35,725 bases of DNA from an uncultured Planctomycetales bacterium (lineage in GTDB: Bacteria > Omnitrophota > Gorgyraeia > Gygaellales > Profunditerraquicolaceae). Position 1 is the first letter of the stretch. Every line of letters begins with the position of its first letter. The stretch is taken from the NCBI GenBank assembly GCA_964487475.1, contig CAZAPM010000017.1, forward strand, positions 1 to 35,725. Direction: 5' to 3'. The position numbers and the translations under genes were made by a program. Below, in pieces: positions 8,412 through 17,264 of the stretch. The notes below the pieces were generated by a model, which was not told the origin of the DNA, did not search any database, and was given only the letters and a program-made list of their open reading frames with translations.

Positions 8412-10760
8412 ATGGGATTATTTTCTGTCCAGGGTTCCAGGCATCGCCGGAAAGCAGTGGCGTCCTTGGTGATCGCGGCATGTGCCGGAATATTCCTGCT
8501 GGCAGCCCAGAAGGCGGCCCCGGATCTTTTTGCCGTTTTGGAAGCAAAGACCCTGGACCTGCGTTTCCGGCTGCGCCCTCCGCTTCCTTCCCGCACCGAT
8601 ATCCTTTTCCTCGAGATCGACGCGCCTGCCTTGCACGCCGTGGGACGCTGGCCGTGGTCCCGGGAAATTTTTGCCGGGATCATCGATACCCTGCACGCGC
8701 TGCAGGCGAAGGCCGTCATCTTCGACGTGATCTTTTCCGAGCCTTCCTCTCCCGGAAGCGATCTGCGGTTCGCGGAGTCGGTCAAGAAGGCGGGCAACGT
8801 ATATCTCGGGACCCATTTCGACCTCCGCTATTCGCCGGAGGATATCGCCCGGGACGCGCAGTATAAAGCGATGGAGAAGGAGTTGTCTCCCTGGTTCTCC
8901 GCGAATCCCTCCGCGGATTTTTCATCCGCTCCGGGTATGGTCAGGACGCTTGCCGGTTTTTCGGAAGAGGAGAGGAAAACGATCTTTGCCAAGTTGAAGC
9001 TGGAGTATCTCTTCGGCCGCAACGCGGAGATGGTCTTTGACGAGGCGATGCAGTTCTTCGAAGGGGAGGATCCGGCCGGGATAAGGCCCCTGTATTATGA
9101 GAGCAAATCGGCGTTGCTGCGGCGTACGATCGAGGGCATATACGCTGCGCAGGGGGGGATCGCTGTGGGGGAGTTGGCGCAGACGCTGGGGATCTTTGAC
9201 CCTGAGGAGAAGGCCCTGCTGGAGCGCGCGGCCCGGGATGTCGCCGAAGAAATGGCGTTCGCGCAAAGATCCGGCCGGCTTTTGGATAAGGGGGAAGAGT
9301 TTTTTGCCGCCGCAGAGGCGTCGTACCCGATCCCGGAGCTGAATGACGCCATGGCCGGAAGCGGGCACCTCAATGCGGTGTTCGACCAGGACGGCACCTT
9401 GCGACGGGTACCGCTCTTCGTACAGTATAAGGGGCGCGCCTATCCGCACCTGGCACTGCGGTATTTCTTTGATACTTCCGGGAAAGAGTTCGCCTGGCGC
9501 ACGATCCCGCGGGACGATAAGGCCCAGGTGCTTTTGAACTGGCGCGGGAAATGGCAGGAGACTTTCCGGCATCTTTCCATCTCCCGGGTGTATCAGCTCG
9601 CGGCGCTGGAGCAGGAAGAGATCCTGGCCGGCCCGCAACGCACGCAGGAGCGCGACGAGCTGCGCCGCATCCTTGGCCCGCAGATAAAGGATGCGGTGTG
9701 CATCATCGGTTTGACCGCTCCGGGGACGGAGGATTTTTTACCCACCCCCCTGGAAACCAATTATCCGGCGGTGGGGGCGTACGCGACGCTGTTAAGTTCT
9801 CTGCAGGAGGGCCGTTTCCTCTCCAAGGCCCCGGCCTGGACGGGTCACGCGCTGGTCGTGCTCCTGGCGGTCGCGGTGGCGGTGTGCGCTCAGACCTTCT
9901 CCGCCGGGGCGAGCCTGCTGTGCGCGGCGGGCATCATGCTGCTCTATTGTGTCGCGGCGCAGGTCGTATTTTGCGCGGCCGGAGTATGGATCGACGTGGT
10001 CGCGCCGCTTGCGTCCGCGGCGTTGAGCTATGTCGGCGTCACCGGGTTCTATTTCTCTTCCGAAGAGAAGGAGAAACGCTGGATCAGGAAAGCGTTCAGC
10101 CGGTATATCTCCAGGAGCGTGATGGAGGAGATACTTAAGGACCCCTCGAAGCTTAAACTTGGCGGGGAGGAGCGGGAGCTGACCCTGCTTTTCGCCGATA
10201 TCAGGGGTTTCACCCCGTATACGGAAAAACATGCGCCCGAGGAGGTCGTGGCGATCCTTAACGAATATCTGGAGGAGATGAGCAGGATCGTGCTTGCGCA
10301 TGACGGCACCCTGGATAAGTACGTCGGAGATGAGATCGTGGTGATCTTCGGAGCGCCCTGCCCGCAGGAGGATCATGCCGTGCGTGCGGTTGCCGCCTCC
10401 CTGGAGATGGTGGAGGGTGTGCGCCGGCTGCGCGAGAAATGGCAGCGGGAAGGCAAGGAGCCCCTGGATATAGGTATCGGGATCAACACCGGGAAGGTGA
10501 TCGTGGGCAACATAGGTTCTTCCGAGAGGATGAATTATACGGCTATCGGGGATGCGGTGAACCTGGCTGCCCGCATCCAGGGACTGACCCGGGAGTTCGA
10601 TAACCATGTCATGATCAGCGAGTATACCTTTGCCAAAGTGAAGGGGAGATTCGAAGTGAAGCCCCTGGAACAGATCAGGGTCAAGGGGAAGGAAGCGCCG
10701 GTGATGATGTACGAGGTTACCGGTTTGGCGCAGGGGCCGGAGGGGCCAGCGGTATCCTGA
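8412..10760 (+). CDS. CHASE2-domain class III adenylate cyclase
   Basis: CHASE2 motifs GRWPWSR, FDVIFSE, DQDGTLRRVPL, IIG.TA; three TM helices; cyclase motifs LFADIRGFT, LDKYVGD, YTAIGDAVNLAARIQ (Lys/Thr pair suggests ATP specificity). Confidence 0.93.
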   Translation: MGLFSVQGSRHRRKAVASLVIAACAGIFLLAAQKAAPDLFAVLEAKTLDLRFRLRPPLPSRTDILFLEIDAPALHAVGRWPWSREIFAGIIDTLHALQAKAVIFDVIFSEPSSPGSDLRFAESVKKAGNVYLGTHFDLRYSPEDIARDAQYKAMEKELSPWFSANPSADFSSAPGMVRTLAGFSEEERKTIFAKLKLEYLFGRNAEMVFDEAMQFFEGEDPAGIRPLYYESKSALLRRTIEGIYAAQGGIAVGELAQTLGIFDPEEKALLERAARDVAEEMAFAQRSGRLLDKGEEFFAAAEASYPIPELNDAMAGSGHLNAVFDQDGTLRRVPLFVQYKGRAYPHLALRYFFDTSGKEFAWRTIPRDDKAQVLLNWRGKWQETFRHLSISRVYQLAALEQEEILAGPQRTQERDELRRILGPQIKDAVCIIGLTAPGTEDFLPTPLETNYPAVGAYATLLSSLQEGRFLSKAPAWTGHALVVLLAVAVAVCAQTFSAGASLLCAAGIMLLYCVAAQVVFCAAGVWIDVVAPLASAALSYVGVTGFYFSSEEKEKRWIRKAFSRYISRSVMEEILKDPSKLKLGGEERELTLLFADIRGFTPYTEKHAPEEVVAILNEYLEEMSRIVLAHDGTLDKYVGDEIVVIFGAPCPQEDHAVRAVAASLEMVEGVRRLREKWQREGKEPLDIGIGINTGKVIVGNIGSSERMNYTAIGDAVNLAARIQGLTREFDNHVMISEYTFAKVKGRFEVKPLEQIRVKGKEAPVMMYEVTGLAQGPEGPAVS

Positions 10761-11946
10761 GAATGAAGGCAGTGTTGAACGCGCCCGGCTGGGGTGGGGA
10801 GCTTTCCACCGCGAAGGTCCCCTGATGTATCTCCGTGACGATCTTCTTTACGATCGCCAGCCCTAAGCCCGTGCCGTGCGCCTTGCCTGAGGTGGCAAAG
10901 GGCTCTCCGATGCGGTCCCTGATCTGCGCGGGTATTCCCGGCCCGGTATCCATCAGCCTGAATTCCAGCATCGAATCCACCAGGTTGGTCTGGATCTTGA
11001 ATTTCCCTCCGCCGGCCATGGCGTCACGGGCGTTGAAGCTGATATTGAAGATCGCCCGCTGCATTTTGTGCTTGTCCATGCACACTTTTCCCCGGTAGTT
11101 CGCCTCCACTTCCAGGCAGATGTGATGCGGGGCGAAATCTCTTTCCAGGTACGTTGCCAGCTCCTGTACGAAATCGTCCGCGAGGTGGCTCTGGAAGAGG
11201 GTGTCGGATTTGCCTTTGACGAAATCCATGACCTCGGTGGTCATGCCGTTGAGCCGCTCGATCTCGTCCCGCACGATCTTGCAGTATTTCTTCCGTTCCT
11301 CGTCCGTGAGCGTGCCGTCCCCCAGGAGCTCTACGCATCCCGCGATCACCATGAAGGGGTTGCGCAGGTCGTGCACCATCCGGCTGGCAGTGTCCCCGAT
11401 CGCGGACATCCGTTCCATCTGGACCATGCGCTGGTAGAGCTGGGCGTTCTCGATGGCGATGGCGGCTTGTCCGGCGACGATCTCCAGAAGCCGGAGGTCC
11501 GCCGGGGAGAAGGACCCGCCCCCTTTTTTATTGATCACTTCCAGCGCGCCTACGAGTTTTTTCTTGGAAAGGATGGGGACGGCGAGGATGGCGCGGCTCT
11601 TGAACCGCGTTTTCTCGTCCATTCCCGAATGGAAACGGCGGTCCTTGGCCGCATCGGGGATGTTGAGGGGTTTCTTATGCAGCGCGGCGTATCCGATGAT
11701 CCCCTGGCCGAGCGCCAGCCGGGTGGACCTGACCTGGCTGCCTTTTTTGCCGAGGGAAACGGTGAAGAGGAGGTCTTTTCTCTGGGGATCGTAGAGAGCG
11801 ATGGAACTGGCTTCGGCGTTGACCGTCTGCGCCGCTTCCTTCATGATGCGCTGCAGCAGCTCCTGCAGGTCGTCGATGCACCCTAAGAACTTGCTGATGT
11901 GGCAAAGCGCCAGGAGCTCTCTGTTCTTCTTTGGCGAGGTTTTCAT
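10717..11946 (-). CDS. GAF-domain sensor histidine kinase
   Basis: GAF (GQGIIG..DRRF..AVPI..LEVINK..QAAIAIENA), H-box HDLRNP, N-box NARDAM, DTGPGI, GTGLGL. Confidence 0.92.
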   Translation of the reverse strand: MKTSPKKNRELLALCHISKFLGCIDDLQELLQRIMKEAAQTVNAEASSIALYDPQRKDLLFTVSLGKKGSQVRSTRLALGQGIIGYAALHKKPLNIPDAAKDRRFHSGMDEKTRFKSRAILAVPILSKKKLVGALEVINKKGGGSFSPADLRLLEIVAGQAAIAIENAQLYQRMVQMERMSAIGDTASRMVHDLRNPFMVIAGCVELLGDGTLTDEERKKYCKIVRDEIERLNGMTTEVMDFVKGKSDTLFQSHLADDFVQELATYLERDFAPHHICLEVEANYRGKVCMDKHKMQRAIFNISFNARDAMAGGGKFKIQTNLVDSMLEFRLMDTGPGIPAQIRDRIGEPFATSGKAHGTGLGLAIVKKIVTEIHQGTFAVESSPPQPGAFNTAFILRIPLAPPAPAPNR

Positions 11947-11960
11947 GAGTTCTGATGAAT

Positions 11961-11989
11961 ATTATATCCGCGCTGGCGTGAAAAGACAA
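11961..11989 (-). promoter_or_regulatory. sigma70 promoter of the GAF kinase
   Basis: Minus strand TTGTCT-N17-TATAAT, 14 nt before the ATG. Confidence 0.6.
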
Positions 11990-12015
11990 GGTAATTCATT
12001 CCCGGGAAAATGGTG

Positions 12016-12044
12016 TTGCGGGAGTTTTTCCGTCGTGCTATAGT
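12016..12044 (+). promoter_or_regulatory. sigma70 extended -10 promoter, probably giving a leaderless mRNA
   Basis: TTGCGG-N17-TATAGT with TG at 12036-12037; ATG 12051 follows after 6 nt with no SD. Confidence 0.55.
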
Positions 12045-12050
12045 AATGTC

Positions 12051-12740
12051 ATGTTCCTTTTCCTGCGGTTATTACTGGCGCATTGCATCGGCGATTTCCC
12101 CCTGCAGGTGGATGAGGTGGTCAGGCGCAAGCACCAGGGGTTGCGCGGTCATCTGCTGCACGGCGCGATCGTGGGAGTTTCCTTTCTCGCGGTATGTGCG
12201 CCCTTCCTTTCGCATCCTTCCCTTTGGGCCCTGATCGCGGGGCTGAGCGTGTTCCACGTGCTGCTGGATCGGATGAAAATAAGGGTCGAGGCGAGGATAG
12301 GGGCGGGGTTCTGGACTTTTCTGGCGGACCAGGCGCTGCATGTCGGTTCTTTATGCGCGGTGTTTTTTTTAAGCTACAGCGGGCAGGCCCCTTTCGGGGG
12401 AACGTCGCCGTGGCGGGCGGCATATAATGATTCCCGTCTGGTGCTTATCCTGATCAGTTTCATCTGCGCGACCTTTGCCGGTACCTACCTTTTGTATTTT
12501 TTCAAGAAGTCCTTCCTGCCGGGCTTTTCCGGCATTCCGGTACCTAAAAGCCTCAACTTCGGATTGCTGGAAAGAGGGCTGGTGCTGGCGGCGGTGAGCG
12601 TGCTGCCCGGCGCACTTTTTTTCCTGCTCCCGGGTTTGCTTTTCCTGCATCTGCGGCGGGAAAAGGAGCAGGGGTTCATCGGATTTCTGGTCGATAGCGT
12701 GTATGCGGCGGCCTGGGGGCTCGTGCCAAAAATCATATAA
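12051..12740 (+). CDS. DUF3307-family membrane protein
   Basis: LLAHCIGDFPLQ, H..I, H..LD..K, F..DQALH motifs; hydrophobic. Confidence 0.85.
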   Translation: MFLFLRLLLAHCIGDFPLQVDEVVRRKHQGLRGHLLHGAIVGVSFLAVCAPFLSHPSLWALIAGLSVFHVLLDRMKIRVEARIGAGFWTFLADQALHVGSLCAVFFLSYSGQAPFGGTSPWRAAYNDSRLVLILISFICATFAGTYLLYFFKKSFLPGFSGIPVPKSLNFGLLERGLVLAAVSVLPGALFFLLPGLLFLHLRREKEQGFIGFLVDSVYAAAWGLVPKII

Positions 12741-12753
12741 AGGGGAGAATCGT

Positions 12754-13143
12754 ATGGCGCATAAGATACTGTTGGTAGACGACGACCAGAACATCCTGGA
12801 GGTCTTTTCGAGGGGGCTGCGCAAGGAAGGGTTCGAAGTGGTCACGGCGTGCGACGGGGAGGATGCGCTGCAGAAGGTGGCATCCGAGAGCCCGGAGGTG
12901 GTGATCCTCGACCTGATGATGCCCAAGCTCAACGGTTTCGAGGTGCTGCAGCAACTGCGCGCGAAGTACAAGAAATGGATCCCGGTCATCATCAACAGCG
13001 CGGAGAAGGACCTGGAGTCCGTGCGCAAAGCCTATACCATGGAGGCGGACCACTACCTGACCAAGCCCTGCGGGATAGACGTCATGGTCCGGGGCGTCAA
13101 CTCCATGATCTCCCTCATACCCATGCGTATCCAGGAAGCATGA
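12754..13143 (+). CDS. Single-domain response regulator (receiver)
   Basis: ILLVDDD, LDLMMPKLNG, YLTKP; SD GGGGAG before ATG 12754. Confidence 0.92.
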   Translation: MAHKILLVDDDQNILEVFSRGLRKEGFEVVTACDGEDALQKVASESPEVVILDLMMPKLNGFEVLQQLRAKYKKWIPVIINSAEKDLESVRKAYTMEADHYLTKPCGIDVMVRGVNSMISLIPMRIQEA

Positions 13144-14087
13144 ACCTGGATGGGAAAGTGGTGTTCAGCCTGGAACGCCAGCGGATCGGGGACTGCATCG
13201 CCGCGCAGGGTATTATCGCCCGTTTCCGGGCCGAGCATCCCAAGGCGTACATCTATCTGATCTCGGATAAGTCCCGTAACGTGATCTCCCTGCCGTTGCT
13301 CTACGGCCGCACGGTGGATCGCATCGTCGATGTCGGGGAAACGGCGCGGTATGCCCGCATCAGGCAGGACCGTTCCATAGCCAGGCTGGGGTTCATCAAG
13401 GGTTTCATCCCGAAGCCCGCAGGCTGCGGCAGGCAGTGCCCGGCCAATCCCTGGGGCGACGGCAAGTGTTACGGCAACCTCTGGATCACCTCCCAGCATT
13501 ACGCCAAGACCTTTTTCCTTCCGGCGGTCAGCCTTCCCTGTACCGGTGCGGTGCGCAAGAGGATCCCCTTTACGGGTGATTTACGCAAGTACAAGAAGGT
13601 GGTGATCCATATCCTGGAGGATGCCGCGTACGACAAGGTACGTAACCACCGGTTCGTGGATTTCGAGGAGTTGTGCCGGCTGCTGGTAACCAGGCATAAG
13701 GATCTGTTGATCATCCGGGTGGGTAGGGATATGGGGAACCGGCTGCCTTCTTTTGATGGTCGGGTCATCGACGTGACGGGCCAGGGGTTTACCATCGAGG
13801 AGACGGCACGGGTGGTCTCCCTGGCGGATGTATACATCGGCGGGGATACCGGCATCACGCATATCGCCGGCGCCGTGGGAGTGCCGTACCTTGTTGCGGT
13901 CTACAGCCGCGTGAAATACGATACCTGCCGCAGGAGGATGGGGATGTCGGAGTACTGGTCGACGTTTCCCCTGGTTCCGCCCTGGAGGATCTCCCGGGTC
14001 CTGATGCGCAATCACCGGTTTTCCCGGGGGGCGGTGGTTTCCCTGGTCCGGGCCAGGCTCTATCCGTCCCTCCGCCGCAGATCATAA
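13140..14087 (+). CDS. Glycosyltransferase family 9 (heptosyltransferase-like)
   Basis: RIGD at the N-terminus, DVYIGGDTGITHIAGAVG motif; ATGA coupling to the receiver gene. Confidence 0.75.
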   Translation: MNLDGKVVFSLERQRIGDCIAAQGIIARFRAEHPKAYIYLISDKSRNVISLPLLYGRTVDRIVDVGETARYARIRQDRSIARLGFIKGFIPKPAGCGRQCPANPWGDGKCYGNLWITSQHYAKTFFLPAVSLPCTGAVRKRIPFTGDLRKYKKVVIHILEDAAYDKVRNHRFVDFEELCRLLVTRHKDLLIIRVGRDMGNRLPSFDGRVIDVTGQGFTIEETARVVSLADVYIGGDTGITHIAGAVGVPYLVAVYSRVKYDTCRRRMGMSEYWSTFPLVPPWRISRVLMRNHRFSRGAVVSLVRARLYPSLRRRS

Positions 14088-14106
14088 GCGCCGCTTCGTA
14101 AACAAG

Positions 14107-14135
14107 TTGCATTCGAGAGGTTTATTCAATATAAT
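14107..14135 (+). promoter_or_regulatory. sigma70 promoter of thyX
   Basis: TTGCAT-N17-TATAAT, then SD GGAGG. Confidence 0.7.
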
Positions 14136-14159
14136 AAAAAGATATCGGAGGAGTAGCTC

Positions 14160-14903
14160 ATGTCTGAATGTTCGCTGCATGTCCGCGTGTTGGAGAGTAC
14201 TTCCAATGCGCTGGGTTTGATATACGCTGCCTGCCGGCAGTGTTATTCCGAGAAGTTCGCCGGGGATATCCTGGACGAGTCCGCCGCTGACCCGGTCAAG
14301 CAGGCCGAGTTCGTGCGCAAGGTGGTGGCGTCAGGCCACGAAAGCCCGCTGGAGCACGTGAAATTCACCTTTGCGGTGGAGGGGGTATCCCGCGCGCTGA
14401 CGCACCAGCTGGTGCGCCATCGTCTGGCGTCTTACTCCCAGCAGAGCCAGCGGTATGTCAAGGAGACCGGGTTCGATTATGTGGTCCCGCCTTCCCTGAA
14501 GCAGGACCCCGAGGCGCTCAAGGAGTTCGTCCGGCTGATGGAAGAGATACAGCTTAGTTATACCAGGCTGCTCGGGGTGCTGAAGATCCGGGGGGTGGCG
14601 GGCGAAGCCGCGAATCAGGATGCGCGTTTTGTCCTGCCGCAGGCTTCCGAGACCAAGATCGTGGTGACCATGAACTGCCGGGAGCTGCTCCATTTCTTCC
14701 AGCACCGCTGCTGTATCCGCGCACAATGGGAGATCCGGGCTCTGGCTCACGAGATGCTGCGCCTGTGCCGGGAGATACTGCCGGAGGTTTTTGCGGACGC
14801 GGGCGCCAAATGCGAGGCGCTGGGGTATTGTCCCGAAGGACCGAAGTTCACCTGTAAGCGGTATCCGCTCAAGGAAACGGTGTTGACGCGTAAGACGCTT
14901 TAA
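14160..14903 (+). CDS. thyX: FAD-dependent thymidylate synthase
   Basis: GHESPLEH, THQLVRHRLASYSQQSQRYV (ThyX signature), DARFVLP, AQWEIR. Confidence 0.97.
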   Translation: MSECSLHVRVLESTSNALGLIYAACRQCYSEKFAGDILDESAADPVKQAEFVRKVVASGHESPLEHVKFTFAVEGVSRALTHQLVRHRLASYSQQSQRYVKETGFDYVVPPSLKQDPEALKEFVRLMEEIQLSYTRLLGVLKIRGVAGEAANQDARFVLPQASETKIVVTMNCRELLHFFQHRCCIRAQWEIRALAHEMLRLCREILPEVFADAGAKCEALGYCPEGPKFTCKRYPLKETVLTRKTL

Positions 14904-14907
14904 AAGT

Positions 14908-15987
14908 ATGCGTTCAGCCACAGGGGTCGATCATTTGAAGGCGCTGGCACGCCGGATCAAGCGGCGCCTGGTGTGGTATGCTTCCGCGATGCGCGACGGA
15001 AGCTCGATCGTGGCGGAGTATGAAGACGCCGCCAGCGAATTCCCCAATTACTTAAGCGTGGCGTTCACTTCCATCTGTAACTCCCGCTGCGTGTTTTGCC
15101 CTTCCAGGCTCAATCCTTCTCCCGGAGTGATCGATGACGATCTGCTGGCTTTTGTGGCCGAAGAGTACGGCAAGATCGGCGGCCGGCACATCGGGATATC
15201 CTTAGGGATCGGCGATCCCCTGGCTGATCCGCGTTTCTGGGAGCATCTGGCGATCGTCAATCGCGTACCAAAAGTGCAAGCCCAGGTGATGGTCTCGAAT
15301 CTTATCGGCGCCAGGGCGTTGGGGCCGGAGAGGATCGCGTTGGAGGGGCCGGAACGCCTGATGGTGTCGATCGGGGGGTTCGAAAGGCAAAGTTACCGTG
15401 CCGTGTTCGGTGTAGACGCCTTCGACCAGGTGCGGGAAAGTCTGCTGACGATCCTGCGTACCCGCCGGAACGCCGGGAAACCGTTGGACATTACGGTGTA
15501 TTGCCGGACTACCGGCTCGGTGCGGCACATCCCGGGGCTTACTTTTTACAAGGAACTTCGCGAATTCCTGCCGCAGGGAAGGGTGCAGTATCATTCCCAC
15601 GGATTCGATAACTGGGGAGGGATGATCACCCAGAAAGACCTGCTCCCGGGTATGAAGATGATCAAGGACGTGCGCAAGCCGTATCCCTGTCTGCACCTGT
15701 ATGCGGACCTGGGAGTGCATGTGGACGGTACGGCCGTGGCGTGCGTGTGCCGCGAGCCTTTCGGGAAGAGCGATCTGGTGGTGGGGCATGTGCGGACGCA
15801 TTCCCTGCGCGAACTCGGGCATAATGTGGCGAAACTGCGGCAGGCCTGGGCTGAAGGGAAGGTACCGCATCTGTGCCGTCATTGCACTTCGTATGTCAAT
15901 CTGCCCAGGACGGTGCTTGACGGGTCCATGCTGCGGGAGCTGCGGATCAGGAAGCAGCTCATGCATCCCGGTGAAGGAAAGGGGTGA
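14908..15987 (+). CDS. Radical SAM protein with SPASM/Twitch-like C-terminal domain
   Basis: CNSRCVFC (CxxxCxxC); GDPL; C-terminal PC..DG...C..CRHC. Confidence 0.85.
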   Translation: MRSATGVDHLKALARRIKRRLVWYASAMRDGSSIVAEYEDAASEFPNYLSVAFTSICNSRCVFCPSRLNPSPGVIDDDLLAFVAEEYGKIGGRHIGISLGIGDPLADPRFWEHLAIVNRVPKVQAQVMVSNLIGARALGPERIALEGPERLMVSIGGFERQSYRAVFGVDAFDQVRESLLTILRTRRNAGKPLDITVYCRTTGSVRHIPGLTFYKELREFLPQGRVQYHSHGFDNWGGMITQKDLLPGMKMIKDVRKPYPCLHLYADLGVHVDGTAVACVCREPFGKSDLVVGHVRTHSLRELGHNVAKLRQAWAEGKVPHLCRHCTSYVNLPRTVLDGSMLRELRIRKQLMHPGEGKG

Positions 15988-16418
15988 GTCGGATGGGCGA
16001 GCGGAGCGAGCGCAGATCGGGTGCGGGCGGCAATGAATTGAAATTGCTGATGGCCAGGGCCGGGGTGAGGCCGGGGGATGTGACGGAGAAGTTCGTGCGC
16101 GCCCAGGGGCCCGGGGGCCAGAACGTGAACAAGGTTTCCACGTGCGTATGGCTGCGTCACCAGCCGACCGGTATCGAGGTAAAGTGCCAGAAGGAGCGTT
16201 CTCAGGCCCAGAACCGCATCCATGCCTGGGAGCTGCTGCTGCAGAAGATCGAAGTGGCCAAACGCAAAAAAGAAGGGTTGCAGCGGTATATCCTCGAAAA
16301 GATCCGCCGCCAGAAGAGGCGCCGCAGCCGTTCCTCCAAGGACCACATCCTTGAGGTCAAGCACCGCCATGCCGCGGTCAAGGCGCTGCGTGCCCGGGTG
16401 CGCGAGGAAGTTGAATGA
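15984..16418 (+). CDS. Short peptide-chain-release-factor-like peptidyl-tRNA hydrolase (ArfB/YaeJ-like GGQ protein); start uncertain
   Basis: GPGGQNVNKVST, H.PTGI.VKCQ.ERSQ.QNR, long basic tail (KIRRQKRRRSR..K..R). Confidence 0.85.
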   Translation: MSRMGERSERRSGAGGNELKLLMARAGVRPGDVTEKFVRAQGPGGQNVNKVSTCVWLRHQPTGIEVKCQKERSQAQNRIHAWELLLQKIEVAKRKKEGLQRYILEKIRRQKRRRSRSSKDHILEVKHRHAAVKALRARVREEVE

Positions 16419-17212
16419 ATCCGTCCGGTTCCGCGGAAGTCGCCGCGCGGGACGTCTTCCGGGAGTACGGCAGCCGGATATATCACCTGGCACTGGGTAT
16501 TTCCCGCAACGAGAAGGATGCCCAGGATATCCTGCAGAATACGTTACTGAAGGTCCTGCGTTTTTCCGGACGTTTCCGCGGCCGGGCCAAATTTTCCACC
16601 TGGGTCTATCGTATCGCCTATAACGAAGCGCTGCAGTTGCTGCGCACCCGTTCCCGCCTGAACCGCAACGCCGGCGCATACCGTCAATACCGTCTCAAGG
16701 GAAGTTACCCGGTGGCGGTGGACTGGGCCAAGCTTCCCGACGAGGAGTTGCGCAGCCGGGAACTGCGCGAGCGGGTGGACTCCGCGCTGCGGGCCATGCC
16801 CGTGCGTTACCGCATGCCGTTGCTCCTGCATCGTTTCGAAAAGCTCCCCTTATCCGAATGCGCCGCGATCCTGCGCTGCAGCGAGTCAGCCCTGAAGACC
16901 CGGCTGCACCGCGCGTATCTGATGATGAAGGAGGAGATGCGGCAGTATTTCCAGGACCGGCCCGAGGCGGCCGTGGTCCAGGAGGCGTCATGCGGCATCT
17001 GGACGGGGTTTTTGCGCAAGTATGCCATGGAAACGCTGCCCGCGTCAAAACGCGCTTCCTTCCGCGCGCATCTTAAAGGGTGTGATCCCTGTAACCGGTT
17101 CCTCCGGGAGTATATGGCCGCCGTCCGTATCGCCGGCAGCCTGGAGTGCCGGGATATCCCGCCCGAGCTTAAAACCCGCATCGTCTCCTTTCTGCACCGG
17201 AAACGATCCTGA
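16415..17212 (+). CDS. ECF sigma-70 factor with fused C-terminal zinc anti-sigma (ZAS/zf-HC2) domain
   Basis: sigma2 (DAQDILQ..FRGRAKFSTWVYRIAYN), sigma4 (ECAAIL..ALKTRLHRA), then C-x25-H-x3-C-x2-C (HLKGCDPC). Confidence 0.9.
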   Translation: MNPSGSAEVAARDVFREYGSRIYHLALGISRNEKDAQDILQNTLLKVLRFSGRFRGRAKFSTWVYRIAYNEALQLLRTRSRLNRNAGAYRQYRLKGSYPVAVDWAKLPDEELRSRELRERVDSALRAMPVRYRMPLLLHRFEKLPLSECAAILRCSESALKTRLHRAYLMMKEEMRQYFQDRPEAAVVQEASCGIWTGFLRKYAMETLPASKRASFRAHLKGCDPCNRFLREYMAAVRIAGSLECRDIPPELKTRIVSFLHRKRS

Positions 17213-17237
17213 AACCATTTGCCTCCTCCGGCATCTA
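17210..17237 (+). promoter_or_regulatory. Putative ECF-sigma promoter for rhodanese-msrAB
   Basis: TGAAAC-N16-CATCTA, similar to SigW/RpoE-type consensus; 27 nt before ATG 17265. Confidence 0.55.
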
Positions 17238-17264
17238 AATAGTGAAGATAAAAAGGAGGGTGCC

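Noticed and set aside
12849..13139. 97-codon N-terminal extension of the 412-aa ORF
   Set aside because: Lies out of frame inside the receiver gene; GT9 similarity starts at ATG 13140, which is ATGA-coupled
15984..16418. prfB with programmed frameshift, or a truncated release factor
   Set aside because: No CTTTGA slippery site and no upstream RF domains; the basic tail fits an intact ArfB-like protein
17022..17264. N-terminal extension of the rhodanese ORF
   Set aside because: Overlaps the sigma gene; a strong SD marks ATG 17265
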